Shown: positions 1-13,152 of the stretch, piece after piece
How the letters are laid out: each line of letters starts with the position of its first letter
Numbering within the stretch: the first letter of the stretch is position 1
DNA from: Azolla caroliniana
Taxonomy: Eukaryota > Plantae > Polypodiophyta
Direction of reading: 5' to 3'
Length of the DNA stretch: 64,000 nucleotides
Assembly (NCBI GenBank): GCA_043228905.1
Contig: JBHGNT010000015.1
Coordinates: 18,414,001 to 18,478,000 of the forward strand
Notes under the pieces: model-generated
Seen by the model: only the letters and a program-made list of their open reading frames with translations
Told to the model about the DNA's origin: nothing
The model's database searches: none
Translations under genes and position numbers: made by a program

Positions 1-1111
1 CCAAGAGTCTGGAAGAAGCGCTTCCAGAAATGAGACATAAATTGGGGACCACAATCAGAGATAATGTCATCCGGTAAACCATGAAGGCACACAATATTTG
101 TTAACAATAGATCTGTTGTTTCCATCCTTGAAATTGCTGTAGAACATGGAATAAAATGTGCCATCTTTGTGAATCTATCCACCACCACTAATACTGAATT
201 GAATCCCTCAATGTCGGGAAGGTTGGTGATAAAATCCGTCAAGATGGAGGCCCATGGCCTACTTGGAATTGGCAAAGGTTGAAGTAGACCGTAGGGACGA
301 TGATGTACTGCTTTGGCATGGGCACATGTATCACATGTTTTCACAAATTGTTTAACAAGTTTCCAAGGTTGTGGCCACCAATAACTTCTAGAGATTAACT
401 CCAAAGTTTTTGCAACGCCAAAATCTCCAGCTAGGGCATCATCATGGCATTCCTTCATGATACGAATACGACAAGGACCATCTAGGACATACATTAAGTT
501 GTTCTGAAAAAGAAAACAATCTCGAAACATAAATTGTTCTTGACTATTCCATACCTCCTTTATGGTTGATTTGTTGACTCGATTATCCTTAATTTCTTTT
601 GCAAATTTGTCGATGGCAGTATCTGTGGCTATTGCATTGAGTAATGATTCATCTGCACCCATGTAAGCTGCAAAGAGCTGAATCTGATGTGGTTGTAGGA
701 GACAACGTGATTGTTGATTGTAGGTCTCATCTCCTGGTCGAATTTCGAATTCCAAACGCTGAGATAGGGCATCAGCTTTACCATGTTGGGCACCGGGAAT
801 AAAAACAATTTGAAATTCATAGTCAGCCAAGAACGTCGACCATCATGCTTGCCTCCGGTTCAAAATGCGAGTAGTGGTGAAGTAGACAAGGTTCTTGTGA
901 TCGATCACCACGTGGGCACGGTGTTGGGCGCCTGCTAAGTAAGGACGCCAGTCTTCAAAGGCTGCAATAATGACAGAGAGTTCTTTGTCATAAACTGGGT
1001 AATTGATCTTGGGAGGTGTGAACTTCCGAGAATAAAAAACAACAGGATGAAGAATCCCATTGTTATTTGATTTAGAGAGAATGGCATTGATGGTGAAGTC
1101 AGAGGCATCAG

Positions 1112-1506
1112 TGTTGAGAATCAAGCTCAACTTGGTCTAGTGTGTGAACTCACCTTGAGAGTGAATAGACACTCCAACGGTCAAGAGTCACCATTATGTC
1201 ACCGCTTTGTATTCTAGCATTTAGTATGAGTCATAGAATCATATTCTATGACACATAACTTATGAGCTTTCACATTCCCCATGCTCCATGAGTCTTGTAG
1301 TTAATGAAGAGAGAGGGTGACTATATAAATCACCCTCCTCCCACCTTGTATAATGTTGAGTCTTTCTCCTTTGTTAATATACTTTACCTTGCGTACTCTC
1401 TGTGTCTTACTCCTTGTCTCTCCCACTCTCTCTCTCTCTCTCTCTCATATACACACACAGTTCATATCTATTCTGCTGCACAGAATCCATCTCTTGATTC
1501 TTTACA
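1112..1506 (+). repeat. C1 5' LTR (395 bp)
   Basis: TGTTGAGAATC...CTTTACA, with TATA (CTATATAAA at 1321) and a CT tract, followed by the PBS. Confidence 0.95.
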
Positions 1507-1656
1507 TGGTATTAGAGCGACTTGGTAGCTCAATCTAGCCCATCTGCGTGCGTTGTGTCCTATGCGGACGACCAAGAACCAGCTCATCGCCATCGTAGCT
1601 TCCCTACATAGCTCGCATTCGAAGAGAGAAGAAGAAGAAGAAGAAGAATCGACATA

Positions 1657-4600
1657 ATGAATACTCAAATGGGGAGCGCTCTCCCTACCGAGAAGTTGGA
1701 TCAAAACAACTTCACATCTTGGGAGTACAAGATGCACCAATACCTTGTCGGACAAGGCTATTGGAGCTACATCAAAGGAGCGCACGAAGACCGACCTGTC
1801 GAAACGGCTCCCGGATACGCGACATGGGAGCAAGCCGCAAGCCATGTGATGTATTGCTTGGTGAAATGTGTTCACAATCACATGCTCGGCTACATTCACG
1901 AAGCCAAGACGCCGAAGGAGGCATGGGAAAATCTACGAAAGATTTTCGCGGCGAACACAACCGCAAGAAGGCTTCAACTCTGCCAAGAGTTGAACAACAT
2001 TCAACAAAGGGACATGTACATCCCGACATGCACCTTGAAGATCAAGGAGCTTTGTGACTCGCTCGGCTCGATAAGCATAAATATCGATGATGATGAGATG
2101 GTGCAAATATGCCTCGGCGGCCTCGCACCACGGTTCGGCACGATGCGAACCATTGCTCTAGCAAGGGAGAAATCTCCCTCCTTCGAGCTCCAATCAATGC
2201 TATTGGTTGAAGAAAACCACGTGCGTACAAGGAGCAATGAGTCGGAAGGCCACATGCTCTACACACACTCGAACGGAAGAAGAGGACGCGGGCGAGCGAG
2301 AGGCCGATTCGGCCAAGGACAAGGCGGATGGGTCCGACCTATGACAACAACTCCCAATTTCGGCCGCAAAACGGAAGCCAACGAGGAACCTTCGCAAGAA
2401 GGGGGAGCTTCCACTCCGGCCCAACCCATCAAAACGCAACCAAATGCGAAAATTGCGGAAAGCTCGGCCACCACGAAGAAGAGTGCCGAAAGAAGATGCG
2501 CGAATCGGCTTCCACAAGCCGACAACTCACGAATTACGCACACAATTCCGACTACGAAGAGTATAGCGGAATGTATAGGCACAACTCCTACTACGAAGAT
2601 CGTGGCGGAATGTATGCACACAACTCCAACCGTGGCGGAATGTTCATGATGAAACATAGAGCAAACTCTATGTCGGCCTCTACCTCAACTAGTGCCCTCA
2701 ATCCGGAGGACGTATGGTTTGTTAACTCTGGAGCCTCAAACCATATGACATCTCATAAAGAATGGTTTCTCGAACTTCGAGAGCCTGAGTGACCCAGTTA
2801 TGTCGAAACCGGAGATGACACTACGCACCCGATTCGGCACATCGGCAATGTTCCGTTCGGCGAAAGAGGTAAGCAAACATACATTAAAAATGTCTTGCAT
2901 GTTCCCACCATCATGAAGAATTTAGTCTCTGTCGGCCAAATGGTTGAGCAAAGGATGCAAGTACGATTCGACCAAGAAGGGTGCTTCATCGAAAAAGAGG
3001 GTTGAATCATCGCGCGCGGAAGAAGAGAGGGCCGGATGTTCATTCTCGATTCACACGAGATGAAATCCGCCATGTTCGCAAAAATCACGAAAGCCAACTC
3101 CGACATAGAGCTATGGCACAAGCGAATCAGCCACATCAATGTCAACAAACTCAAAGCAATGAAATCGAAAGGAGTATTCATCAGACTCCCGACATTCAAA
3201 GAGAAGGAGATTGAAGGTGTATGCGAAGCGTGCCAATTCGGCAAGCAACACCAACACCCAATCCCGAAAGAGCGGAACGTGAGCAAAGGTCTACTCGACG
3301 TAGTCCATTCCGACGTATGGGGACCGGCGCAGACGGCTACATTCGGCGGATGCCGATATTACGTGTTCTTCATCGATGACTTCTCCAGGCACACATGGCT
3401 CTATCCGATGCGGCAAAAGAGCCAAGTGTTCGGACACTTCCAAAGGTTTAAAAAGCCACTGGTCATCATGTACGATGCCTTCGATCGGATAGCGGCAAGG
3501 AGTACTTCTCGGACGATTTCACGGCGTATCTCCAAAAGGAAGGAATTTGGCGAGAATTCACTTGCCGACACACTCCGTAACAAAACGGACTAGCCGAGCG
3601 CAAAAATCGGCACATCCTCAAAGTAGCGCGGGCCATGATGAACGAGAAGCATATGCCCAAGTCATATTGGGCTGAAGCTGCAAATACGGTCGTCTACCTC
3701 ATGAACCGGTGCACAACATCCGGAGTGCACAAGGTCACTCCACACAAAAAATACTTCGGAAAGAAGTCGGACTTATCGCACACCCGGATATTCGGCGCGA
3801 TAGCATACGTGCACATACCCGACGAAAAGCGGCAAAAGCTAGATCCAAAGTCAGAGAAATGTATCCTCGTAGGATACTCACTCGAACAAAAGGGGTACGA
3901 ATGCTATACCCATCTACCCGAAAATTTCGAGTAAGTCTAGACGTCGTGTTCGACGAATCCGCATCCTGGTACGCACCAGAGAAGATTCTGACTTCGATTC
4001 CGATCGATGCGGAACCGGCCGAACAAGAGCGAGAAGGTGGAGATCGGCTCAAAGACATGTTCGAAGATAGCCCGATTACCACAAGAGCCCCCAAGCAATC
4101 AAAGCACATCACGGCCTAGCCCGAAGATGGACAAAGGCAAGGCGAAAATAACGGAATACGAAGACAATCGCTTCGATGACGATGAGTCGACTCGCTCACT
4201 TGACAGTGAGTTCGGCAGCTTCGATGTACCAATCGGAGCTAAGAAAGCCCTCATCTCTGCAAATGAAAAGCTCCGTCGCTCCACCCGTGAAAAGAATCCG
4301 ATCAGCCGATTCGGCTACAATGACTACATGGCATATCACTATGCCTTTATGAAGAAGGTGGCGACAGTACACGAGCTGGAAACATTTTTCGAAGCAGCCA
4401 AGGATCCGCGATGGATCGAAGCCATGAACGAGGAGATGCGGGCACTACGTAAGAATGAGACGTGGGATCTCGTGCCCACCTCACCACACAAAAAGGCGAT
4501 CGGATGCAAATGGATTTACAAAGTGAAGTACAACGTCGACGGTTCCATCAACCGCTACAAAGCGCGACTCATAGCGAAAGGCTACACACAAACGCACGGA

Positions 4601-5938
4601 GTTGACTACGAAGAGACCTTTGCCCCGGTGGCAAAGATGACGATGGTACGGACCGTAATTGCGCTTGCCGCGGCGAAAGGGTGGCACCTCCATCAAATGG
4701 ACATCAAGAACGCCTTTCTACAAGGCGAATTAGAAGAGGTGTACATGATACAACCACCCGGCTTCAACTTGAGCACCCATCTGAAAGCTGTATGCTGACT
4801 CAAGAAGCCACTCTACGGTCTCAAGCAAGCACTGCGTGCTTGGCATTCGAAGATAATGCAATACCTTAATCAAAACGGCTTCCATATGTCAAAATGGGAC
4901 AACTCCCTCTACGTACGAAGCGATTCCGCAAGTCCGATCGTCATCATCTTATATATGGATGACCTAGTCATTGGAGGTGAGCATCTCGTCGAAATCAATA
5001 AGGTCAAATCCCTCCTTTCCGACAAGTTCGAGATCACGGACATGAAGGAGCTCCACTACTTCCTCAGCATCGAGGTAATTCGAACTCTGGCCGGAATCAT
5101 GATCTCTCAACGGCACTACATCCTCAACTTGTTATACAAGATCGGTATGGCTGAGTGCTAATCCATGGCAACCCCGCTTGATCGCAATCTCAAACTAGAT
5201 GCGAACTCTAGCACCAAAGCGTGTGAGCCGACTCAGTATCAGCAACTCATCGGGAGTCTCATCTACCTCACGATCACTCGACCCGATCTCAGTTATCCGG
5301 TCGGTCTCCTTAGTAAATTCATGCAAATATCGCGTGATACTCACTTGGATTGCGCTAAGCGAGTTCTACGATACGTGAGCGGCACAATGGATTGCGGCAT
5401 CCTCTACAAGACCGTGATGCCAATACGACTCGAGGGGTACACAGACGCTGATTGGGTCAGCTACACAGCCGATAGAAGATCAACCTACGGATTTGTTTTT
5501 TCCCTCGTCAGCGGAGCAATATCCTGGAGCAGCAAAAAGCAACCAACCATCGCTCTTTCGAGCACAGAGGTGGAATACAGGGGCGCAGTAGTGGCTGCAT
5601 GTGAAGCCATATGGCTCAAAAGGATACTCAAGGATTTGGGCGTACCCATCAAGGATCCGACTTCCCTTTACTGCGACAACATGAGCAGTATCTATCTGGT
5701 TTGGAACCCGGTGTTCCACGCGCGGACAAAGCACATCGAAGTGCACTATCACTTCATCCGAGAGCGCGTTCTAGCTGGCGATGTCGACCTACAACACATT
5801 AGCACCAATCTTCAAACAATCGACATCTTCACTAAGGCCTTAGGAGCCGACAAGTTATGGCAATTCATGACCGATCTCGGATTGATGATCCCTGACCTGC
5901 CAAGCTTGAGGGGGAGTACTGAAGACACTACGCAATAA
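1657..5938 (+). pseudogene. C1 gag-pol, broken by multiple frameshifts and stops
   Basis: Fragments: gag 1657-2649, CENCGKLGH and WFVNSGAS 2328-2792, INT HSDVWGP 3036-3593, RT 4007-5161, RNase H (YTDADW, RTKHIEVHYHFIRE) 5165-5938. Confidence 0.93.
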
Positions 5939-6167
5939 CGCGTGGATTCCGCAACCATGCAACGAAGCCGCGAAGAGCAGATCTACCACGCAAAGCCGCG
6001 AAGAAAGACGCAAGATGAAGCACAGACTTCGCAACTACGCACAACGCAAGCTGGAGCACGGATTCCGCAACTCCGCATAAATACGAGTCGATGCGGACTC
6101 CGGAACGCAAGTCGAAGCGGATTTCGGATATCGTCTGAAACCGACCCGACTTGAGCTTGAGGGGGCG

Positions 6168-6381
6168 TGTTGAGAATCAAGCTCAACTTGGTCTAGTGAC
6201 TATATAAAGCACCCTCCTCCCACCTTATATAATGTTGAGTCTTTCTCCTTTGTTAATATACTTTACCTTGCGTATTCTCTGTGTCTTACTCCTTGTCTCT
6301 CCCACTCTCTCTCTCTCTCTCTCATACACACACAGTTCATATCTATTCCACTGCACAGAATCCATCTCTTGATTCTTTACA
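6168..6381 (+). repeat. C1 3' LTR (214 bp, lacking 177 bp of U3)
   Basis: Matches the 5' LTR except for loss of the equivalent of 1143-1319 between GTG microhomologies. Confidence 0.95.
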
Positions 6382-6386
6382 ATCAG

Positions 6387-8178
6387 TTTCAATCATAAAT
6401 GGTTTGGTCAGATTTGGGTGTAGAAGTATCAGAGTCGAGGTAAAAGCTTTTTTTAGTGTCTCGAATGCTAGTTGGGTTGTGGGAGTCCAGCAAAAAGGGA
6501 AATCCTTCCGAGTGAGTGTTATAAGTGGTTGCACCAATGTGGAGAATCCTTGAATGAATCGACGATAGAATTTGGCCAAACCCAAAAATGATTGCATATC
6601 CTTGACCCTAGTGGGGACTTCCCACTGTTGAACCATTTCGACTTTCTTCTCGTCCATAGTGATACCATCAGATGAAATGACATACCCAAGGAATTCAACT
6701 GAGGTTCGATCAAACTCACACTTTTCGGGTTTCGCATAAAGTCCATGTTCCCGAAGTTTGATCAAGATAAGTCGAACGTGCTTGGTGTGCTCTATGTAGT
6801 CCTGTGAGAAGATAAGTATGTCGTCAAGATAGATGACCAAAAATTGGTCTAGATATTCTCGAAAGATGTCATTCATCATATGTTGGAAAACGGCAGGAGC
6901 ATTTGTGAGACCAAATGGCATTACCATGTATTCAAAATGGCCATACCTGGTTCGAAATGTCGTTTTCCACTCATCTCCAGGCTTGATACGGACCAAGTTG
7001 TAGGCACCTCTAAGATCGATTTTGGAGAATATACGCCCAGCCCGAAGTCGATCGAGGATTTCGGGGATTAGAGGTAGTGGATAGCGGTTTTGAACCGTGA
7101 CTTGATTGAGCCCGCAATAGTCGATACATAGGCGCAACGTTCCATCTTTCTTTTTGACAAATAGAATAGGAGAGCCAGCTGGAGATTTTGAGTGGCAAAT
7201 GAATCCCTTTACGAGATTCTCTTCAATGTATATTTTGAGGGTCTTGAGTTCAGGTTCAGATAACCCATAGATAGGGCCAAATGGAGGACAAGCACCATCT
7301 TTCAAGTCAATTGGACAATCATATGGGCGATGTTTGGGCAGGCGATCAACATTTTTCTTCTCAAATACATCAGAGAAATCATTGTATTTTGATGGAAAAG
7401 AGCTAGTACATTGGGTAATATCTGGAGTGGACATGACCGCCATGTCCTTAGAATTAGAAATGGATGCAATCAGCATTGTATCGCTTACCCGAGCAAGAGT
7501 TGGAATTGTTTCCGAGGTCGACACGGGATTAACTATCAATGTTGTTTCTATTGGAGCAACTACTGAGATGGTTCTCGGGTAAGAGGAAATGGGAGCGACT
7601 GATAACCTAGTCCTCACCGGAGCAGAAATGGGAGTTGCCCCTGAAATATGGGTGGGAGTGACCATTGATGTGGTCCTCACTGGAGCAGAAACTGGAATCG
7701 GAGCAACCATTGATGTGGTTCTCACTAGAGCAGAAACGAGAGTTGTCCCCAAAACATGAGTGGGAGCAATCGTTGAGATGGTCCTCACCGGAGTAGGCGG
7801 CCAAACAAATGGCGGAGCATTGGCTCGAAGAAGGGTGGACGTAATACCTTGTGAGTGAAAATTCGAGGTGAAATTGATGGAGCAAGATCGCCAATCCACG
7901 ACTAGATTGTGAGTTTCGAGCCATGATAACTCCAAGATGATAGGATGTCGAGGTGATGTGATGAGGTTAAAAGTGATTTCTTCTTGGTGGGTTCCTATGT
8001 GGAAACCCAAGGGAATTGTTGTATTTGTGATGGCACCAGAAGAGAGCATTCGACTGTCGATCACTTCAACTGGAATCGGGACGGTTAATTTGTTGCTTGG
8101 AATGTTGTGTTTCCGTGCAAACATGATGTCAATAAAGCACGACATAGCCCCAGAATCCAACAAAGCTTTTGTCTTCAT
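6387..8178 (-). pseudogene. G1 protease-reverse transcriptase region with a Pro/Thr/Ser-rich spacer
   Basis: ORF 6343..8178 has DSG protease and YLDD RT motifs. The frame is cut at the RNase H start (MIETD) by the copia insertion and resumes at 1106 (DASDF). Confidence 0.9.
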
Positions 8179-9269
8179 AGTGGTAGAGCCAAACTAAAGA
8201 GTGATCGGAATCGTGAAACTTGTTGCCGAGGTAGTCGGTTGATTGGGCCCTTGACATAATAATTGTCGACTCTTGTGGTCCAGATGCACCACCCCTACTG
8301 CAACTGGACATTGGAGTTTTCCTGTTGGCCAAAAATGTCAACCCCATCCACATGATGTGGTGTTTGACGGGGTCCCTTTTTTGGGCAAGAGCAGATCAAA
8401 TGGTCAAGGCCGCCACAATAGAGACATAAATTGTTGGCCCGTCGATGTTGTCGTTGCACATTAGTCAATGGTCGATAGCGAATTCGATCGATCTCCATTG
8501 GCGAGCTAGAATCTGTGGCGGGGAGTTGACGATGAAGTGGAGGATGACATGGGAGGCGGTGTCGTCAACCATGGTAGGTGACTTCGCATAGCGGCTGGCC
8601 AAGGTGGATGGATCCGGTGAGGACGTTCCTCTTGCCGGAACTCAAAGAGACTATTATCGCAGCGCACAGCTTGGGAAATAGCCTCATTCAAAGATGTGGG
8701 CTCAGGAAAATTAAGTAAAAGATTTTTTATCTCACCTTGTAATCCTCTGCGGAATTGATCGAGGAGGGCTTGTCCATCCCACTCAACATCGCACGTGAGC
8801 TAATGAAATTCGGATGCATAGATTGATGTTGCACGATCGCCTTGTTGTAACGCATATAGTTTGTTGAGTGCGGCTCGTCGTGTGTCGGTCTCCCCAAAAG
8901 TTGTCTCAAATTTGGTAAGAAATGCTTGGAAGTCATTCAAGAGAGGTGAAGAGGTCTCCGCTAGAGGGGCAAACCAAGCTTGTGATGGTTCTGTCAGCAA
9001 CATGCCAATGAGCCCAACTTGTCGAAAATCATCAAAATAGTGTTGGGGCTGAAGACGAATAATAAGGCGGATTTGGTTGATGAAACCTCTTAGCCATGAC
9101 CTTGTTCCATCAAATTTTTCTAGCAAGCTGACATTGGGTTCTAACAATCGGGTGAGGTATAACCGGTGTGGTTGCTTGATGTTCTTGAACAGAGTTTCGC
9201 AAGTTTGCATTTTCATGTTGGATTTGTTGCACGACCGCTAAAATTTGCTCAAGATTACTAGATGATTCT

Positions 9270-9680
9270 GACATGATAATGTATTGAGAAAGAAGGAAAG
9301 AAGGAGATCAATTTGTCATGGATGAACAATTGGGGGTAAAGAGATGGGGAAGTTGATGAGATAGGGAGATCGAGAAGTTGATGACAATGAGTAAAAATAT
9401 CTATTCCATGACTGGTGTTGATGTCCTTGATGTTAACAAGGGAGATCAACCCTTTTTATACATGTAGTGATGCATGATAAGCATGCTCATGCCAAGTCTT
9501 ACATATTATAATGTCAAGCATACTAATTCTTGCATGCCAAGTCTTACATACTCAATCTTACATACTGAGTCTTACATACTGGGTCTTACATACTAGGTCT
9601 TACATACCACTCTTTATACAAAGGTTTGAAGTCTAAAGTTTGTCTAGGAGAAATATATATACAAGGGCCTAAGGTTCACA
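9270..9680 (-). repeat. Putative 5' LTR of G1, containing a 14-bp tandem repeat (TCTTACATACTnnn, about 5 copies, 9542-9610)
   Basis: Non-coding segment upstream of gag that starts with TG on the minus strand at 9680. The partner LTR is not in the window, so the inner boundary is approximate. Confidence 0.45.
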
Positions 9681-10194
9681 TTTGAGTCGATGTTCATGAC
9701 ACCGACACTTGTTTCTTTTGCATCGTTCCATTGGAGGATAGTACACATAGGTTCATTAAATGTCCTATAGCGTGTACCATTTGGAAGTACTTATCGGACA
9801 TTTGGCAAGTTTTAACCCGTTGTTGTTTGAGACCTCAACAATGGTTTTTTTTCTCAAATGTTCTGAATGGTTCAAATAATGAGATGGAGATATTATTCCA
9901 ATTTTTACGCTATTGGGGTCTACAACACAATTGGAATATGCGTAATGTTTTCATGTTTGATAATAGACATGGGGTGAAAGCCTATATAAAGAAGCTTAAA
10001 GGTATTCTCATGTGGAATTTTTGGATGTTAGAGCATGTGGGGATCATTTCCTCAAATGCATATTCGGGTTTTTTAATAGCATTATAGAACGTCCCTCTCC
10101 CTACATAGGAATATGATAGGTAGAGGAGACTAAGAAGTGTTGTAACTAAGTGGATTTTACATACAATTCATATAATTGTGTTCTCTTACCAAAA
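9681..10194 (+). mobile_element. 3' fragment of an L1-type LINE (zf-RVT region and tail)
   Basis: Translation CFFC..EDSTHRFIKCPIACTIW..W..RN..F is typical of the plant LINE ORF2 zinc-finger end. It ends CTCTTACCAAAA against a GA tract. Confidence 0.7.
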
Positions 10195-10783
10195 GAGAGA
10201 GAGAGAGAGAGAGAGAGAACAAGAATCTATATTAGAAAAATGACAAATACATCCAACAATAACTTAGTTACAAATGGGTTGGTTTAAATATCAACTATCT
10301 TAGGGCAACTGCCCTTTCACTATTTACAAAACTAGCCTAAACCTAGAGTGTCCGTTGCTAGTGTGAAAACCATTGCATTGGGGAAGTTGGGTTAGATTCT
10401 CAACATCCCCCTTCAAACACAACTTTTGGTCGCCAGAAATTTGTCTTGCTGTTTGGTTCGTTTCGGTTTTCTAAATTCCTCGGCTCTATGTCTGGATGCT
10501 CGGTTGGATCGGCATCGACTGTTCTCCTTTGTCTTTGACTGCCCTTTGGTCAGTTGTGCTACTGGTTCAACTACCCGTTTGGTTGTCTATTGAGTGATCG
10601 ACTGCTATGTTGTGTGCATTAGTTGTTGTACTCCCCCTCAAGCTCGGCAATGTGGCTATCGTTAGGCCAAGGTTCGTCATGAATTGTCTAAGCTTGTCGA
10701 CTCCTAAGGCTTTTGTGAAGATGTTGGCTACTTGAAGGTTCGTGCTAATGTGTTGCATGTCGACATCTCCAGCCTGAACGCAT

Positions 10784-12875
10784 TGTCGCAAAGTTTCACG
10801 CCGGGTTCACCAATGTCGAAAAGTTTCGCGTGCGTGTGTTGCTCGAACGGGACCGTCGGGGCCTTGGATCGGGGAGACACAAGGGGTGAGGAAGTGGGGG
10901 ATTAAGACAAAGACATGGCGAAAATATACATACGTTTTGATAAAAGAGGCTTTAAACAACAGTTAGGTTTAATACGGTCACGATTTCGGTGGTTTCCTTT
11001 CTTACATAGAATCAGTTTCATGATTAATAAAAAACTACTATGAATCAAAATGGGTTTTTGTTTTCTTTAGAATTTCTAGGCTTGACACCACGATTTCGGT
11101 GGTTTTTACAACAATCATTGTGAAATAATCAAGGCTAAAATAATCTAGAGAAGGCGAGTCTAGTGGGCTCCGAGCTCGACTACTTCTGATGGCTATGTTG
11201 GCTCAATTTGGAGTAGCCCTCGTGCCACTACAACCTCCCTTCTGCAATCAGCCACTGAATTGACTACCACCGAGATGACGAAAAAGCCGTTGTTTAGGAA
11301 ATCCAAACCCTAAATTATCTTGAGTAAGAAGTAGAATACTAGAAGAAAATCTCTCAAACCCTAAAATCCTGAATTATTCCTCTAGTATATTGAGGAGAAA
11401 AGAAGAAGCTCTCAAACCCTAACCCTAGAAGGAAAAGATGAAAGAGAAAGTGATACTGAGAAAGTGAGGCTACCAAACCCTAACCCAAGATGAAACCCTA
11501 GTGGTACACCCCTACAGCAAAATGGGCAACCCATAATAAGCCCTATTCCTCTCCTCTTATAGAGGAAAGAGGCACCTATTTTAGCATTACATGCTTCTGT
11601 CATGATAACACTCACATCATGCATCGAAGGGATCATGACACTCACATTATGACTCGAAAGGATTTGAACCCACGACCTTGTTGTACACATGTCAAATCCT
11701 TAACCATTGTATTAATATTCTTATATATATAGTCTCTAGAATATGAAATCTAATATTATAGGAATATTCTATATTACTCTACATTCTAGAATGACCTAGA
11801 ATATTCTAGAGTGTTCTATACCACTAGAACCTTCTAGAATACTCTAGAGATCTTCTAGATTACTCTACATTCTAGGATAACCAGAATATTCTAGAATGTT
11901 CTCTATTACTTATAAATAGGGATCTACCACCCATCCCAAACCTAAATTGGTTCAACGCCATTTTGTAGCCTACTCTTTGTAATCCATTTTACGCTTCAAT
12001 ATAATAATTCTCTTTCAATTATCTCTCTATCTCTTTTTCTCTCTTTCTCTCTCTCAGCCTTGACAGCTTCTTTGTTTTTTTCCCTTTATTACAAAAATAG
12101 AAGGGGAGAAAAATACTCCTTGATTTGTAGGACAAGAGAGACTCAAACTTTACACCGCTCTATATATATTTGTAAGCCTTAACCACTAAAGTACTACAAG
12201 TTATTTATTATCATTATTATTATTTTCATTTATATATGATTTCATAAGATGTGCGTGGAAGCTCGCTTTTTCTCATAGTGCACACGCCACACCACGACAT
12301 CCACCCCCACCAAACAGCACATCCTTCGGCATGTGCCAAAGAAAAGTGATGTGGTGAGGCCAAAGGTTGTCAACCTTTGTTTTCTTCCCTTCGTTGCGCC
12401 TTGCCTGCACAAAATCAACCATCAGCTTCGACATAATCTCTTCTTTGTCCATCTTTGTCCTCCCCTACCGCCTTGAGGAGAAAGAAGAAGGTCTGAAACC
12501 CTAAGTCTAGAAGGAAAAGAAGAAGGATAAAAGGATAAGGAGAAAGGGAGGCTACAAAACCCTAACCCTAGAAGAAGAAGAGAAGAAGATCAAACCCTAA
12601 TGGTACACCCCTAAGCCAAAATGGGCGACCCCCAAATAAGCCTTATCCCTCCTCACTTATAGAGGAAAGAGGAGCTTATTTTAAGCTTATATGCTTTTAT
12701 TTATTTATTTCCTTAGAGACTAAAACTCTACACATCTCAACATATACTTATAAGTCTTAACCACTAAGCTACTACAAGTTACTTATTATTATTATTATTA
12801 TTTATTTATACATTATTTCATGAGATGTTCATGGAACCTCGGTTTTTCTCACACTTCACACGCCACACCACGACA
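10784..12875 (-). mobile_element. Compound gypsy-LTR insertion of the TGTCG..CGACA family: LTR 5' part, short internal piece, PPT, complete LTR (10814-12299), PBS, LTR tip
   Basis: Termini are TGTCG/CGACA. The reverse-complemented PPT GGTGGGGGTGGA at 12300-12311 is identical to the PPT at 58610-58621. The reverse-complemented PBS TGGTGAACCCGGCGTGA is at 10796-10812. Homologous in inverted orientation to 14476-15436. Confidence 0.8.
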
Positions 12876-13152
12876 ACATCAGTGAGATAATGGATTACGA
12901 CATCATGTATAAGTCGCACACGATTGTTCGACTTGAAGGGTACACAAATGCAAATTGGGCCAGCTACATGGCTGACAAACAATTGACTTCGGGGTTTATC
13001 TTCTCCCTTGGTAGCAAAGCTATCTCCTGGAGCAGCAAGAAGTAACCGACAGTCGCACTGTCGAGCACAAAAGCCAAGTATAAGGGTGTGGCTATCGCGG
13101 CATGTGAAGTCATTTGGCTGAAAAGAATATTGAAGGATCTAGGCGTTCCCAT

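Larger units (their letters stand above)
1112..6381 (+). mobile_element. Full-length but mutated Ty1/copia LTR retrotransposon C1, nested in G1
   Basis: TG..CA LTRs at 1112-1506 and 6168-6381. TSD ATCAG at 1107-1111 and 6382-6386. PBS TGGTATTAGAGC (tRNA-iMet type) at 1507-1518, PPT at about 6156-6167. Domain order is gag-PR-INT-RT-RH. Confidence 0.97.
1..9680 (-). mobile_element. Degenerate Ty3/gypsy chromovirus-type (Tcn1/Tf2-like) LTR retrotransposon G1; 3' end lies outside the window; interrupted by a copia at 1112-6381
   Basis: Minus-strand order is gag (8800-9216, EKFDGTRS..RGFINQ), CCHC knuckle (8295-8498, LCLYCGGLDH), protease (ALLDSGA), RT (PILFVKKKDGTLRLCIDY, YLDD; 6387-8178), RNase H (TDASDF..NYPVYDKEL; 843-1106) and integrase remnants (1-560). 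There are several stops and frameshifts. Confidence 0.92.

Noticed and set aside
2534-2645. 39-bp repeats encoding YAHNS..GGM after the C1 zinc knuckle
   Set aside because: A small local duplication in a variable gag-protease linker; no evidence of function.
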